From an uncultured cyanobacterium (lineage in GTDB: Bacteria > Cyanobacteriota > Cyanobacteriia > Cyanobacteriales > CAWUOF01), in contig CAVUSO010000001.1 of the NCBI GenBank assembly GCA_963744145.1, positions 800,001-864,000 of the forward strand: a DNA stretch of 64,000 nt, read 5' to 3'. Both the position numbers and the translations under genes were made by a program. The notes beneath the pieces are model-generated. The model was not told the DNA's origin, searched no databases, and saw only the letters and a program-made list of their open reading frames with translations. Every line of letters starts with the position of its first letter. Position 1 is the first letter of the stretch. Shown in pieces: positions 47,881 through 59,710 of the stretch.

Positions 47881-49455
47881 TTATCTGGTTGCTAAATCAA
47901 TCTTTTTAATGACGGCACTGAGTGCTGGTTCTGATGTACCATGTTGAGGATCAGTTGCGATCGCACTTACTCTTTCTCCTGGTTGCAAATTAGTTAATTT
48001 AATCGTAAATTTACCTTTATTGTTTGTGATCACTGTGCCGATCGGTTCACTCAGTCCCTCATCAACTTCTCGATCTATTTCTATTTCTACTCCTGGTGAT
48101 GCTGTACCGATTAAAGTCACACTTCCCTCGTTGATAAAAAACTCTTTTGAACTAAATTTTGGTGTATCAACTCCAAAATTACCTGTTTTCCGTCGTTGCT
48201 GATAACTATTCATTCTTGGGTTTCTTCCATCTCCAATTTCATAAGTGTGAACATCTGTATTTTGTTGGGTAACTAAATCAATGGTTAACCCATCTAAATG
48301 AGCAAAACGATTTCTGATGATGATATTGCGATCGCTAGGAGGATAAGCTCCGACTACTACTCCTGGACCGGGTTGATTACTAATTTGATTGTTCATGACT
48401 TGATGATTATTTCCCATTAAAAATATCGCTGCTCTTCTGAATAATTTCCCATTATCATTGATGATATTTTCTTTAATTTCTGTCGCTCCTGTTGCTTTAA
48501 AAATATAAATTCCACTTCCAGCATTATTTTGAATTTGATTAGCTCTAATCTGGGTATTACTAATATCTCCTTCTAACCGAATTGCATCGGACATTCCGCG
48601 AAAACCATTTCCTTCAATCAGATTTTCACTAATCAATAGGTTGGTCGATCGCTGTCCTGTAATAATCCCACTTCCATCATGGTTAGCAATTCGATTGTGA
48701 ACAATTTTTGTTCCCACACTATCAAATACAAAAACTCCAAAAGCAGAATTGATGGGATTGGGTAGTGGTGTTTGTTCACTCCTCGGAATTCCTAAATAAT
48801 TATCCTCGACTACTACATCTTGAGGAGACTGATTAACTATAGATGAGAAGGAATCATCAACAATATACCAAGTCCGATTAGCAATAAAAATATCTGCTGG
48901 GGGTGTAGTTGCGGTAGCACGATGATGAGCAGTAAAACCAGATAAATCTAATCCACGAATCTTAATTCCACTAGCAATAACCGTCAACCCACGAAAAACT
49001 TCGTGACCAGGAGCGGGGGCGAGGGATATAATCGGTTGAGGAATACTAAAATTACTAGATTGTTTTAAGCTATTTACATCATAACCTGGCTGAGTAGTAC
49101 CATCAATTACCACTGAATGATTGAGTGGTGGTAAGACATCATTCAAATAAATTGTTGTTTGATCTGGTGGTAAATTAAAGTCAATTCTATTAGGATATTG
49201 ATCATCATGATTAACGGTAATTTGGGCTAGAGTAGATTGACTCAGTTTAGTAAGTGGTAAAGTACCATTGACGATCGCGATCGCTTCCCGTAAGGATAAT
49301 TTACCATCTGGTTGATCTGGTCCATCTTGATTCGTATTCACTACTAATCGCAGTCCCTGGGTTTGAGCGATCGCGATTAATCCCCCATTTTGTAAACCCA
49401 ATAACTGGATCACCAAAACTCCCATTAACTTCATCCACAATTTCTGATTTTTCAT
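47881..49455 (-). CDS. Secreted right-handed beta-helix protein
   Basis: Signal peptide, VNT..D..SLREAI, and Asn-rich parallel beta-helix repeats. Confidence 0.85.
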   Translation of the reverse strand: MKNQKLWMKLMGVLVIQLLGLQNGGLIAIAQTQGLRLVVNTNQDGPDQPDGKLSLREAIAIVNGTLPLTKLSQSTLAQITVNHDDQYPNRIDFNLPPDQTTIYLNDVLPPLNHSVVIDGTTQPGYDVNSLKQSSNFSIPQPIISLAPAPGHEVFRGLTVIASGIKIRGLDLSGFTAHHRATATTPPADIFIANRTWYIVDDSFSSIVNQSPQDVVVEDNYLGIPRSEQTPLPNPINSAFGVFVFDSVGTKIVHNRIANHDGSGIITGQRSTNLLISENLIEGNGFRGMSDAIRLEGDISNTQIRANQIQNNAGSGIYIFKATGATEIKENIINDNGKLFRRAAIFLMGNNHQVMNNQISNQPGPGVVVGAYPPSDRNIIIRNRFAHLDGLTIDLVTQQNTDVHTYEIGDGRNPRMNSYQQRRKTGNFGVDTPKFSSKEFFINEGSVTLIGTASPGVEIEIDREVDEGLSEPIGTVITNNKGKFTIKLTNLQPGERVSAIATDPQHGTSEPALSAVIKKIDLATR

Positions 49456-49481
49456 GCTGTTAACTACCTCAAATATTAATG

Positions 49482-52400
49482 TTAATTACTTGATTTATTC
49501 CATAAACTCTCAACTAAAAACAATTCAGAATCAGATGGTAATTTTGCACTAGCGATCGGTTTCAAGGGACGAGATTCTTGTTGTTGGGGAGGAGTAACTT
49601 TTTGTCGTCCAAAACCACCGAATAATTCATTCAGCTTTAAGGTTACTGCTAAATAAGGACCATTAGCGCCGCGATAACCAGTAAAATCAGGATCACTAAC
49701 ACTACCAAAACTATATCCTACTCCCACTCGCAAATCAGGAGAAAGATAATAGCCAAACTCTAAAGCCCAACCAATTTCAGTATAGTTGAAAGACTGATTA
49801 ATCCAACGGGCTTCAGCGGCTAAATCCGTATTATATCCTAACCGATAACTAGCTCTCATTTGGGCTAAAGAAGTAAAGGTGCTATTACTAAAATTCTGTG
49901 CTAAAGTAGAATCAGAAATCCGAAACGCATATTTACTATAAAACTCCCAACGTCCAATTGGGTGCATAAATTCCTTCCAGGGAAAATACATGATCTCTAG
50001 AACCTGTTCCACTCCCGAGTAATAAAGTATCAGGAATAGTTGATGGATTCAGACGATATTCATACTTAAATAAGCCATTAAAGCGATCGCTATTGGGATC
50101 GCGATAAGCTAATCCCAATTTGATATCCATGGTATTTCCTAAATGGGTCAAGGTTTGGTTAGCTGCACTTGCTTGTTGATAGCGAAATAAAGTTGTCAAT
50201 GCTGGGGTAATTTTACCACTAGCACTTAGGGAAAGAACAGTATTTTCCGCAACTACATTACTGCGATCGCGATGTTCAATTTTTGCGGAAACTTGAAAAT
50301 CAGGATTATCGTGATAGTCAATTCCAGCACTAAAAGAATTAGACGCAGCTACACCTAAAGAAGCAGCACTTTGTCCCACTGTATAGGGTTGAGCAACAGG
50401 AGTACCAGCACCATTAGCGGTAAATAGATTGCTATAGATTCTTTCATACCCTAAACTTAAACGCAATCCCGGTGCGATCAACCATCCACCTTTAATTCCT
50501 GTCGCACCTTCACCCGTCATCCCATGATTACTACCCAAAACCGTATAGCGATTAGTCAACTCAATATTTTGACTTAATTTTTGTTGTGATGTTGTTTCTA
50601 AACTGGTAATTGAACCACCTCCACTTTTATCGGTCAGAAATTGCTGGGCTAAACGGATACTGGTATTGGGATCAACAGCCCATTCTAAACCGACAATTGT
50701 GCGATCGGGATAAAGAGAATTGTTTTGTTGTTCTATATTTTGTTCATTTTGAGCGCGAAAAGTCAATTCTTTAGTTAAGGGAAAACGCAAACTAGAGACA
50801 ATTTCATCAGCATTAATGTTACTATTAGCAACTTTATCTATGCTTTGACGATCTACATACTCGATACTAGCAACTGGGACAGGAGCATTGGGATTGATCC
50901 GTGCAAAACTAAGTTGTTGACGAATTCCAGCTTTAATCGTAGTTAATTCGTTATTAACTTTACTCCCTGGTGTTGGTTGAGTTCCAGGGTTAAATACATC
51001 GAAATAGTTCTGACTCACATCGGTAGTAACACCATAATTAGCTTCATAGTCATAAGCAGCAGTTAATTGGGTTTGACGAGAAACTTGGGCACTTACTTCT
51101 GCTCCATAGCGAGTTTGTCCCGGATTAAAACTTAAGGTTGCATCATTGCTAAAACGTTCATCGACTGAGCGATAATAAGCTTTAGTTGTTAATCCTCTAA
51201 TCGGGGTACTTTCTAATTCCGCTCGTAGTGCATCCCCAGCAATATTATGTTGAAAAACTGAATCATTGATAGAACGTGCATACTCAGCAATAATTTTAGT
51301 ATTGGTATTGATCGGTAGGAATAGATCAGCACCATCTAATTCAAAGTTTTGATTTCCTTGATTTTGACGGAGATAACTAGCTGCTACCCATCCTTTTAAA
51401 TCTTGTCCAGTTTTGGAAATTTGTTGTTGATTATTCAGATTATATTGGACTCGACCTGCATATAAACTGGTGTCACCTGAACCATTATTGTCAAATTGGT
51501 AGGTGGTAACGATATGATTTACTTGGACAACTCCAAAGGGATCATAATTCGTTGCTTGAATCGCATTACGAAATAATAATGTACCTCGGTCATAGTCAAT
51601 TTCGTAGTCTGTCCCCCTGCTCAGAGATTGTCGTTGTAATACCGTACCTGGTCGATTTAGTTCTTCTGTTTCGATAAAAACATTTTCACTCCCAGGTATA
51701 ACTAAACGATGGGAAAGAAAATAATATCCACTTGTTCCCGTTGGTGCGATCGTATCTCTGACAAAACCTTGGACATCCGGACTATATAAACCCGTAAGTT
51801 GCACATTACCGATGTTATAATTGGCTTTGAAACCATGTAACTGTCGATTTGTTGCAGTATAAAGTTGGGAAGAACGGGCAAATTCTGTGGTACTATAGTC
51901 TCCCCACATAAAATAGTCGGTTTCTTTCCCTCGACCCGCGTCTCGTTCTAAACGCACAAAAAGGCTATCTTTAGAAGGAGTCAGGTTACTTGAGGTGGAA
52001 TTATCACCGTAAACTGGATAGGTGCGATCGCATGATTGTTGATCTTTAAAGAGTTGTTGTGTACCAGTACAACTTTGGTTCAGAGCTCGAGCTGAATTAT
52101 AAGCACCAGTTAATAACCATTCTCCAATTGGTCCAGTCGCAAAAATCTGTCCACTGAGTTTAGCTTCAGCATCGGACATTTTCCCAGGATTAAGGAAGTC
52201 ACTCGAACTACCATAATAGTCCGTTCCTGCTCTCCCCAGTCGGAAATTTACCACACCACTAACTAAAGAAGGTCTCAAGTTGGGAATAAATTCAACTTGG
52301 GTATAAGCTTCGACTGTTTCATTGGGAGTGGAATCGATCGGGAGAGCATAATTATTTTTAAATGATGTGTCTGGGGAAATTTCTGGTGCTGGAATTAATG

Positions 52401-53271
52401 GATTAGGGGTTTGATTAGTTAAATTTGTTGGAGTCCGTTCTCCAATCACAGGATTGTGCTGTTCTGAAGGTGTTAAATTGGCTAATTGTTCAACTTTCTC
52501 AATCGCTGCACGAATTTTAACAGTTTGAGGTTGTAAAGTTGATTGTAATTCAGCCTTAAATTTACCTCCCCGCGCAATCACATGAAACCCAGGGTTATCT
52601 GGATCTTGATTTGCACCTAAAAATTTACCAGTGGTAGAAGTTAAAACTACACTAATCTCTTGTTCAATTAATTGACCATTGTCATCGGTAATTTGTCCTT
52701 CAATGATCACAGTAGAACGTCCATCAGCTCGAATTCGTGATTCAGTAGCGGGAGCGATGTTAAGATGAGCGTTTAAAGTTTTTACTGCAAGCTGTACGCT
52801 AACTGCTTCTCCCTGATCTGGTTTAACTGTTAGGGTATTTATACCTTTTTTTAAAGAAATATTGTACCAGGTTTGGGTAATGGTATTTGTTGTTTTATTT
52901 TCTTCAATACTGCTGGGAGTAGCAGGATCAAGTAGTTTTTGATTAACAAAAACTTTAATATTTGTACCAGTTGAGTATTGAATTACTAAGCTAGTAGTGG
53001 GACTTTTAGTAATTCCGCTAGTTGGAGTTAAAATTTTAATTGCTGCTGATGTTTGGGAAAGCAATTTAGGTGCAATCAATGGAGAAATTTTTTGCTGATC
53101 TTTCTCCCCATAACTAATCAGATAGGATTGATGATCTATCCCTTCGATCAATGGGGGAATTTCGTTAGCACGAGCTGTAATAGGAAAGGTGAAAAATAAA
53201 AAGTAAAAGGTGAAAAATGAAAGTTTTTGTTTGTTTAGATTGGGGTAATTACAGGGAATTTGGCTAATCAT
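49482..53271 (-). CDS. Large outer-membrane beta-barrel protein with N-terminal Ig-like domains, split by a +1 frameshift near 49953
   Basis: ADGRS Ig-like segment, YPVYGDNS, DYEIDYDRG and amphipathic strands. The two ORFs join as EGIYAPNW-RWEFYSKYAFR. Confidence 0.8.
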
Positions 53272-54314
53272 TTTTTATCTTCTCTCCCATAAGCTGGTGT
53301 GACACCAAAGTTCATTCTTACCAGTCCCCCTGGAGCGAGACGAACTAAGCGAGATTGACTATTTTGTTCAATAAAGTGACGGTTAGGTGCTAGAGTATAA
53401 CCAGGTAAACTACTTAAATCTAAGGTGCCAGTATGGTTTCCTGGTAAGACTCCCGCTAAAGAAAATAAACCATTAGCATCAGTAACTACACGGGTTCCAT
53501 CTTCAAAGAAAATTACAGCGTTGGGAATTCCAGGTTCTCCTGGTTGTTGTTCTCCGTCAAAATTTTTATCAACAAATACCCGACCAATAATTGTGCCACA
53601 ATCAGACAGGATACCTGGACTAATTCTAATTAAATAGGTAGCTACATTACTACGAACTGGGGAATTTCCTGATTGTCCAACCACTGAAGCTGCATTACGT
53701 CCTGTACCGCGAATTGAGTCCGGTGTCAATACTCCTGCGTAAGCAACATTCAAACTCTGATTTGGTGCTAGAGTGCCAGAATAAGTAAAGTTTACTACTC
53801 TTTGAGATGTGGTAACTCCGGTTAAGGTGACTGAAGTAGTTGGTCCTGTAGGTGAGGGAACATTGGTGGAATTTGGAGCTGTAGTAGTTGCAGTGGTGGA
53901 ACTTAGGGATGCTTGTAAGGATTTGGATAAAAATTTAATTCCTAAGGGAAGTGTATCGCTGATTTGCAGATTACTGACAGGCACTTTACCCGTATTTTTA
54001 ATCAGTAATCGATAAATAATTGTATCTCCTGGTTCGGCTGATGCGCGATCGCCAGTTTTAATGATTTGTAACGATGGTGGGGTAACAGTTGCACTCACCG
54101 ATACGGTATTTGATGGAATGGTCTGTGGATTAGATTTAATGGTAAATGTTGCTACTCCTGTATTGGAGATAGTTGTACTCTCCTGAGCAATAGCGGAACT
54201 AACCCCGACACCAATTAAATTAGTTACTGCTAAGATCAGATACCCCTGACCTAACAGGTGAAAAAGAAATTTCATCAAAGCTAACCATTCCCTATAAACG
54301 CCAAAATTATTCAA
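53268..54314 (-). CDS. DUF11 domain + SdrD-B-like secreted protein
   Basis: LQIIKTGDR..PGDTIIYRL and IIGRVFVDKNFDGEQQPGEPGIP. Confidence 0.87.
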   Translation of the reverse strand: MNNFGVYREWLALMKFLFHLLGQGYLILAVTNLIGVGVSSAIAQESTTISNTGVATFTIKSNPQTIPSNTVSVSATVTPPSLQIIKTGDRASAEPGDTIIYRLLIKNTGKVPVSNLQISDTLPLGIKFLSKSLQASLSSTTATTTAPNSTNVPSPTGPTTSVTLTGVTTSQRVVNFTYSGTLAPNQSLNVAYAGVLTPDSIRGTGRNAASVVGQSGNSPVRSNVATYLIRISPGILSDCGTIIGRVFVDKNFDGEQQPGEPGIPNAVIFFEDGTRVVTDANGLFSLAGVLPGNHTGTLDLSSLPGYTLAPNRHFIEQNSQSRLVRLAPGGLVRMNFGVTPAYGREDKK

Positions 54315-54690
54315 ATTTTAGCGGTTTTAAGTTTTTTAGATTTTTAGTAGATGCCCTGTTTTTTAATTCTAGACAGAAAAATATAGCAGAAGTTTTTAAT
54401 TTAGAACTTCTTGCTCACTGATTGCTAATTTCCACAATTTTGCCAATCCGCGTTTAGATACATGAATAATTATTTTTATTCCGGATGAGAACTTGGCAAA
54501 TTTGAAAAAATTACAATCTGAGTATACCCGGAATTAGATTTTTTCTTACCAACATACTATTTTTTTTTCATTTGGTAACATTAATTTACAAAAATATTTG
54601 CTTTTTCTACCCAATTATTTCATTATAGAAAAAAAAGGCCAGGTCTGTTAGTTCCTAGCCGACAGAATTTTCAATTTATCTCTGTGGACA

Positions 54691-55386
54691 TTATATTCGC
54701 ATTAAGATGTTCAAGCCATGGGTATCAGTGCCACAGGTGTTGAATAGACTATAAATTTTACCTAATTCTGCCACTTCTTCAGTTTGGCTGGGACTAGGTT
54801 GCCAGGGATTGGGGTTATTATAAGCATAATAGGTTTCAATTCCATCAATTCCCAAACTGGCAGCTACCGGGATCAGTTCAGTTGCTGGCAGTTTATAACG
54901 TGCTGGATGAGCTAAAATTGCCAAGCCCCCTGCTTGTTGAATGGATGAAATTACATTCACTGCTTCGCAATCGCTACCAATGGGAGCTTGACTTTGTACA
55001 TAAGGCTGTATAGATGAATGCTGCGGATTAAACCCATAACCCAAAATGTGTACTTCTACCCCTAGGAGTTCTGCGGTAATCTCAATACCGCTCCATAAGT
55101 AAGGTTTGGGAGCATCAATCTGATTTTCTAGCCAGTTTTTGGCAATTAAATAACCATTTACACTATGGTGATCTGTGATCGCTAAACCTGTAAGACCAAT
55201 CGCGATCGCTTGTTCCATTAATGCTTCTGGGGATAATCTACCATCAGAGTAAATGGTATGGAGATGGAAGTTAAAGGTAAGAGGACAGCTATGGCCATCA
55301 ATTTCTGAGAATACTTGCTGAAGCGCCGGCAGATCCTGCGCCCAGAGCTGATTAAAAATAGGAGTCGGAGCGAGGTTGACAGCCAT
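54691..55386 (-). CDS. PHP-domain phosphoesterase
   Basis: HLHTIYSDG, ITDHH, LAHP and GTDTHG motifs. Confidence 0.92.
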   Translation of the reverse strand: MAVNLAPTPIFNQLWAQDLPALQQVFSEIDGHSCPLTFNFHLHTIYSDGRLSPEALMEQAIAIGLTGLAITDHHSVNGYLIAKNWLENQIDAPKPYLWSGIEITAELLGVEVHILGYGFNPQHSSIQPYVQSQAPIGSDCEAVNVISSIQQAGGLAILAHPARYKLPATELIPVAASLGIDGIETYYAYNNPNPWQPSPSQTEEVAELGKIYSLFNTCGTDTHGLNILMRI

Positions 55387-55649
55387 AAAATTTTTTACTT
55401 TAGTGTTCTTTAATCTACTATATCCAATTTATGATTAAGGTGGGAGTAAGGCCAAGTTTAGATCCCAATATGATTTATTATGATCAAGATAAAAGTTGCC
55501 AATATATTTCTGAAGAACTGGCGGGTCATGATTGAGGATGTGGTCAGAAGACAGAAATATTCTGTCTTCTGTCAATCCATAACCTGTTCAGCATTATTAA
55601 TTACCTGTAAGCTTGCTCTAACCCTGATGTCCAATCATGCCCAAAAAGA

Positions 55650-56927
55650 TTATTTTTTTTCATCAGTATTTCGGGCTTGCCAAGCTAATTCTAACAACCG
55701 CGACCAACGCTTTTGGACTTGTTTAGGGGTGCATTTCAGTGTTTTCGCGATCGCTTGATCACTAGCCCCGGCTTGTTTCATTTGGAATAATTGTACTTGT
55801 TCTAGGGAAAGCTGTTGTAAAAAAGCATCCCATTCCGGTCGAGACATCCCTAAATTTTGATCAAGATCGGCACCTAACCATTGATGTACCAATTGCCAAT
55901 GATGAACTCGGGCAAATTTTTCTACATGGTACTTAAATCTTTGTTGTAAGTAATCCCGTTGTCGAGGAGACAAGTTTAACAGTTCATCAATTTCTTGAGC
56001 TGGTAAATCTTGTAATTTTAAGGTTAAATAATCAACACAATCCGCTTGTCCTTGGGCTTCTAAATATTGGACTAATTCTGCTAGGACACGCTCACGCAAG
56101 ACTCCATCAGCTGGGTCATGAGCTTCTGCGACCAATTGCTTCCGGACCTGTTGCATCACATAAGACCGACTGTGAGCTTCTGAGTCTTCTCCTTTAGGTG
56201 ATTCTACTGCTAATTCAATGTCGATCGCCGTTTCGGCTGGTTGACCATTAGCAAATCCCTGGGCTCTTAAGATAATCAATTGTTGATTATAACCACCTGG
56301 TAAAGAAATCCGACGTTTGGCATAATGTTCAGTGAAGGCCATGTATTCAGCCAATTCTAACTTCGTGCGCGGCATATAATCATCACCTAGTTGATTTTCC
56401 CGTCGAAAAGCTTTCAGTGATTCAATATAAAAACTTTGCAAAAAGTCTTCAATTAAGGTATAACGGGCTTGAAAACCTAATTGGGCTCGCAGTGGTGCAA
56501 TATGACGGTAAACCATCACACTCAAATTGCTATGTAACTCCACTCGTCCTTTAGTAGAAGACAGACGATAATAGGTTAAACATTTTTTCAACCGATGTCT
56601 TCCTAAAGCCAATTGCCAACTATCGACTTGTCCAGAATTTTGAATTCTTTGACTTTTTTGACAAATTCTTTGCACTTCCAGCGCGATTCTTGTTACTATA
56701 GCAGTAGCTGAAGCTAAGGAGATTTTTGGCGATCGCGTGGTTGAAGTTCCGGATAATGGGGAAGATTGGGGAAATTCGGCTTGAAGTTCGTGCAAAAGGA
56801 TATTAGCTAAAGTATCAGAGTCCATGACTGCCAAGGAACCGAATTGATCTGAATCTTCAGGTTGGTAATTGCGTTGGGATGAATCGGGATGATTGGGATA
56901 GAGAGAATTAGCGAGTTCAACGTTCAT
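55650..56927 (-). CDS. HetZ-related protein
   Basis: LIEDFLQSFY, LELAEYMAFTEHYAKRRI and RQRDYLQQRFKYH. The start position is uncertain (ORF is open to 57029). Confidence 0.8.
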   Translation of the reverse strand: MNVELANSLYPNHPDSSQRNYQPEDSDQFGSLAVMDSDTLANILLHELQAEFPQSSPLSGTSTTRSPKISLASATAIVTRIALEVQRICQKSQRIQNSGQVDSWQLALGRHRLKKCLTYYRLSSTKGRVELHSNLSVMVYRHIAPLRAQLGFQARYTLIEDFLQSFYIESLKAFRRENQLGDDYMPRTKLELAEYMAFTEHYAKRRISLPGGYNQQLIILRAQGFANGQPAETAIDIELAVESPKGEDSEAHSRSYVMQQVRKQLVAEAHDPADGVLRERVLAELVQYLEAQGQADCVDYLTLKLQDLPAQEIDELLNLSPRQRDYLQQRFKYHVEKFARVHHWQLVHQWLGADLDQNLGMSRPEWDAFLQQLSLEQVQLFQMKQAGASDQAIAKTLKCTPKQVQKRWSRLLELAWQARNTDEKK

Positions 56928-57289
56928 AATTTTCCTGAAAGATAACGCACCATAAATAAGAGGAAAACGCTTGCTCAGAGCCGATTCAAACATCTTGCTG
57001 CTCAAGCTGAAATTACCTACAAAGTGCATCTGGAAAAAAACAGATATTCTCGTCCATCAATGTTTCACTTTCTTACTTGGCTGTCTATTCCACCAAAAGC
57101 ATCCCTAATTTCAAGATTTTCCTTCCTCAAACGCAACCTCTTGAACAGTAAGGGTTAAGTAGTTCTTCACTCTACTGTAATTAGCTAATTGAACCAAGGC
57201 TACCAATTACCCATAAATAGACAATTCTCTAACTGGCTGATCCTAACATGACACAATCACTTTTTACTCTAAAATATCTATGGTTTAAC

Positions 57290-57955
57290 TTAATCTTTGA
57301 TTAGTTGCGACCAATCTGCTACCGCTTCCCAGCCTAAACCTTGACGTAGAATGATCGGTTCTTGCTCAGTTAAATCGATAATGGTGGAAACTTGGTAGCT
57401 TGGTTCGGAACCGTTATCGATGATAATGTCTACTAATTTTTCCATCTGGTCAAATAACTCCGCTCGCTCAAACTGCTCGGTAATAGTCCCCCGAGTTATT
57501 TCATCATCACCGATTAAATGAGCGGAAGTAGAAATAATCGGATTACCCAAGATATTTAAGAGTGCTAAACAAATCGGGTGATTTGGGACACGAATACCTG
57601 TAGTTTTACGTTTTGGATTCAGGACCAATTTGGGGACTAATTTAGTTGCTGGTAATAAAAAAGTATAAGTCCCGGGAATCAGACGTTTAATAATTCGGTA
57701 AGCTGAATCAGAAACAACAGCATAACTGGCAATATTGGAGAGAGAAGGACAGAGGAAAGTTAAGGGTTTATCGTTAGCTAATTGTTTGATCTGTCTAACT
57801 TTTTCGATCGCTGATTTTACTTTTAAATCACAGCCGATCGCGTAAACTGTATCAGTAGGATAAAGCATGACGGCTCCATCCTGTAATGCGTCCCCGATTT
57901 TTTGGATAGTACGAGTTTGGGGTGTATCGGGATGGACTTCGTAAATTATTGCCAT
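57290..57955 (-). CDS. Sua5/YciO/YrdC family (threonylcarbamoyl-AMP synthase-like) protein
   Basis: YPTDTVYAIGC, GIRVP and STIIDL motifs. Confidence 0.92.
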   Translation of the reverse strand: MAIIYEVHPDTPQTRTIQKIGDALQDGAVMLYPTDTVYAIGCDLKVKSAIEKVRQIKQLANDKPLTFLCPSLSNIASYAVVSDSAYRIIKRLIPGTYTFLLPATKLVPKLVLNPKRKTTGIRVPNHPICLALLNILGNPIISTSAHLIGDDEITRGTITEQFERAELFDQMEKLVDIIIDNGSEPSYQVSTIIDLTEQEPIILRQGLGWEAVADWSQLIKD

Positions 57956-57985
57956 GATGATGTTGCTCCAGCGAAAAACACATTT

Positions 57986-59242
57986 ATGAAAAAAATAGCC
58001 TATCTTGACTGTTCAACTGGAATTTCTGGTGATATGTGTTTAGGAGCCCTAGTTCATGCTGGTGTACCGTTAGATTATCTAATTAAGCAACTAAGTCTGC
58101 TCAAGATTGACCAGGAGTATCAGTTATTTGTGGAAAGTGTACTTCGCAATGGTCAGCAAGCAACTAAGTTTTTTGTGGATTTGGTCGAACCTGGTGCTGA
58201 TCATCCTGGGTCGGAAACAACTGCTCATCATCATCACCACCATCATGTCCGTCATTTACCAGAAATAGAAAGTCTTATTCAATCAGCTGAGTTACCTGTT
58301 CGTGTCCGCGATTGGAGTTTAGCAATATTTCGCACCTTAGCGATCGCGGAATCGGAAGTCCATGGAATTCCTCCCGAACAGGTTCATTTCCACGAAGTAG
58401 GTGCTACCGATGCAATTGTTGATATTGTCGGAACTTGTTTGGGTTTAGATTGGTTAGATATTGATCTCCTTTATTGTTCACCCTTACCAACTGGAGGAGG
58501 TATGGTGAGAGCAGCACATGGTCAATTACCAGTACCTGTTCCCGCTGTGTTAAAATTGTGGGCATCCCGTCAAGTTCCGGTTTATAGTAATGGGATTGAA
58601 CGAGAGTTATGTACCCCGACCGGTACTGCGATCGCAGTGACTCTCGTTACTAGCTTTGGTCCTCCTCCAGCTCTGGTGATCGATCGGGTTGGTTTAGGTG
58701 CTGGTTCTCATCAGTTACCAATTCCTAATATTTTACGCTTGTGGATTGGTTCTCCTACTGTTCCCCTAGGAGAAGAACATCTTTCCTTATCACCTAATTT
58801 AGAAAATATTTCCGTTTTAGAAACCCAGATTGATGATTTAAGTCCGCAAGCGATCGCTTATACTTATGAAGCTTTATTTAATGTGGGTGCTCTTGATGTT
58901 TTTACTCAACCAATTGTCATGAAAAAGTCTCGTTCAGGGATATTATTGACTGTTATTTGTCATCCTGAATATCGAGCTGCTTGTGAAAATGTTTTATTCC
59001 GAGAAACCACTACTTTAGGAATTCGTCATCGTCTGGAACAACGCCATATTTTAGCGCGAGAAATCCGGGAAGTGCTAACTGATTATGGTCCGGTCAGGGT
59101 AAAAGTAGCCTTTCATCATGGCAATATTATTAATGTTCAGCCAGAATACGAAGATTGTGCTAATATAGCGAGAACTAAAAATATTTCTTGGCGAGAAGTT
59201 TATCAATTAGTAAAAAAAACTTGGTCTGATCAGTATTCCTAA
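57986..59242 (+). CDS. larC: Nickel pincer cofactor biosynthesis protein LarC
   Basis: YLDCSTGISGDM, a His-rich loop, VHFHEVGATD, TPTG and MKKSR. True ATG is probably at 57986. Confidence 0.93.
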   Translation: MKKIAYLDCSTGISGDMCLGALVHAGVPLDYLIKQLSLLKIDQEYQLFVESVLRNGQQATKFFVDLVEPGADHPGSETTAHHHHHHHVRHLPEIESLIQSAELPVRVRDWSLAIFRTLAIAESEVHGIPPEQVHFHEVGATDAIVDIVGTCLGLDWLDIDLLYCSPLPTGGGMVRAAHGQLPVPVPAVLKLWASRQVPVYSNGIERELCTPTGTAIAVTLVTSFGPPPALVIDRVGLGAGSHQLPIPNILRLWIGSPTVPLGEEHLSLSPNLENISVLETQIDDLSPQAIAYTYEALFNVGALDVFTQPIVMKKSRSGILLTVICHPEYRAACENVLFRETTTLGIRHRLEQRHILAREIREVLTDYGPVRVKVAFHHGNIINVQPEYEDCANIARTKNISWREVYQLVKKTWSDQYS

Positions 59243-59287
59243 TTTCAGTTCACTATAGTGGATATTAAAGAGAGATGGGCATGATTA

Positions 59288-59710
59288 TTAAGGCACGAGC
59301 AAACTCATTGAACTTAGAGGAGTGGTAAAAACAAAATAGATCATCCCAGTTCCTAAAAGGAGGATAGCGAGACTGAAAAGAATTACCCATCGATCTGGTG
59401 GTTCGTAGGTATCCTCATCAATATCACGACGGACCGCAAAATAGTGCTGGGTACAAAGTAACACAGTGATTAAACCAACCAAAGCAAAAATTAGGCCCAA
59501 TTTCCAGCCATTACCAGGGTCATGGGAAAGGGGAGGATGAAAATCACGAAGACGCACAATGACGACTCCAAAACCCATGAGCGCGATCGCTGTACGCATC
59601 CATGCTAGATAGGTCCGCTCATTGGCTAAGTGATCCCGCACCCGGGAGGGATTAAGTAGCTTTGGCTTTTTTTCCTTTTCTTCTGTGGAATTGACGATGA
59701 GCTGCATCAA
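59288..59710 (-). CDS. YidH/DUF202 membrane protein
   Basis: RDHLANERTYLAWMRT motif. Confidence 0.92.
   Translation of the reverse strand: MMQLIVNSTEEKEKKPKLLNPSRVRDHLANERTYLAWMRTAIALMGFGVVIVRLRDFHPPLSHDPGNGWKLGLIFALVGLITVLLCTQHYFAVRRDIDEDTYEPPDRWVILFSLAILLLGTGMIYFVFTTPLSSMSLLVP

Noticed and set aside
49936..50012. Programmed frameshifting or phase variation in the barrel gene (also at 3113 and 33403)
   Set aside because: No slippery heptamer or long homopolymer is present. Three similar +1 insertions suggest sequencing error or recent mutation.
17781..55758. Numerous short antisense or overlapping ORFs (60-120 aa) in the track
   Set aside because: They are shadows of well-supported genes or lack any motif or RBS.
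57902..57985. N-terminal extension of LarC
   Set aside because: It overlaps the opposite gene, and the family motif begins at MKKIAYLD (57986).
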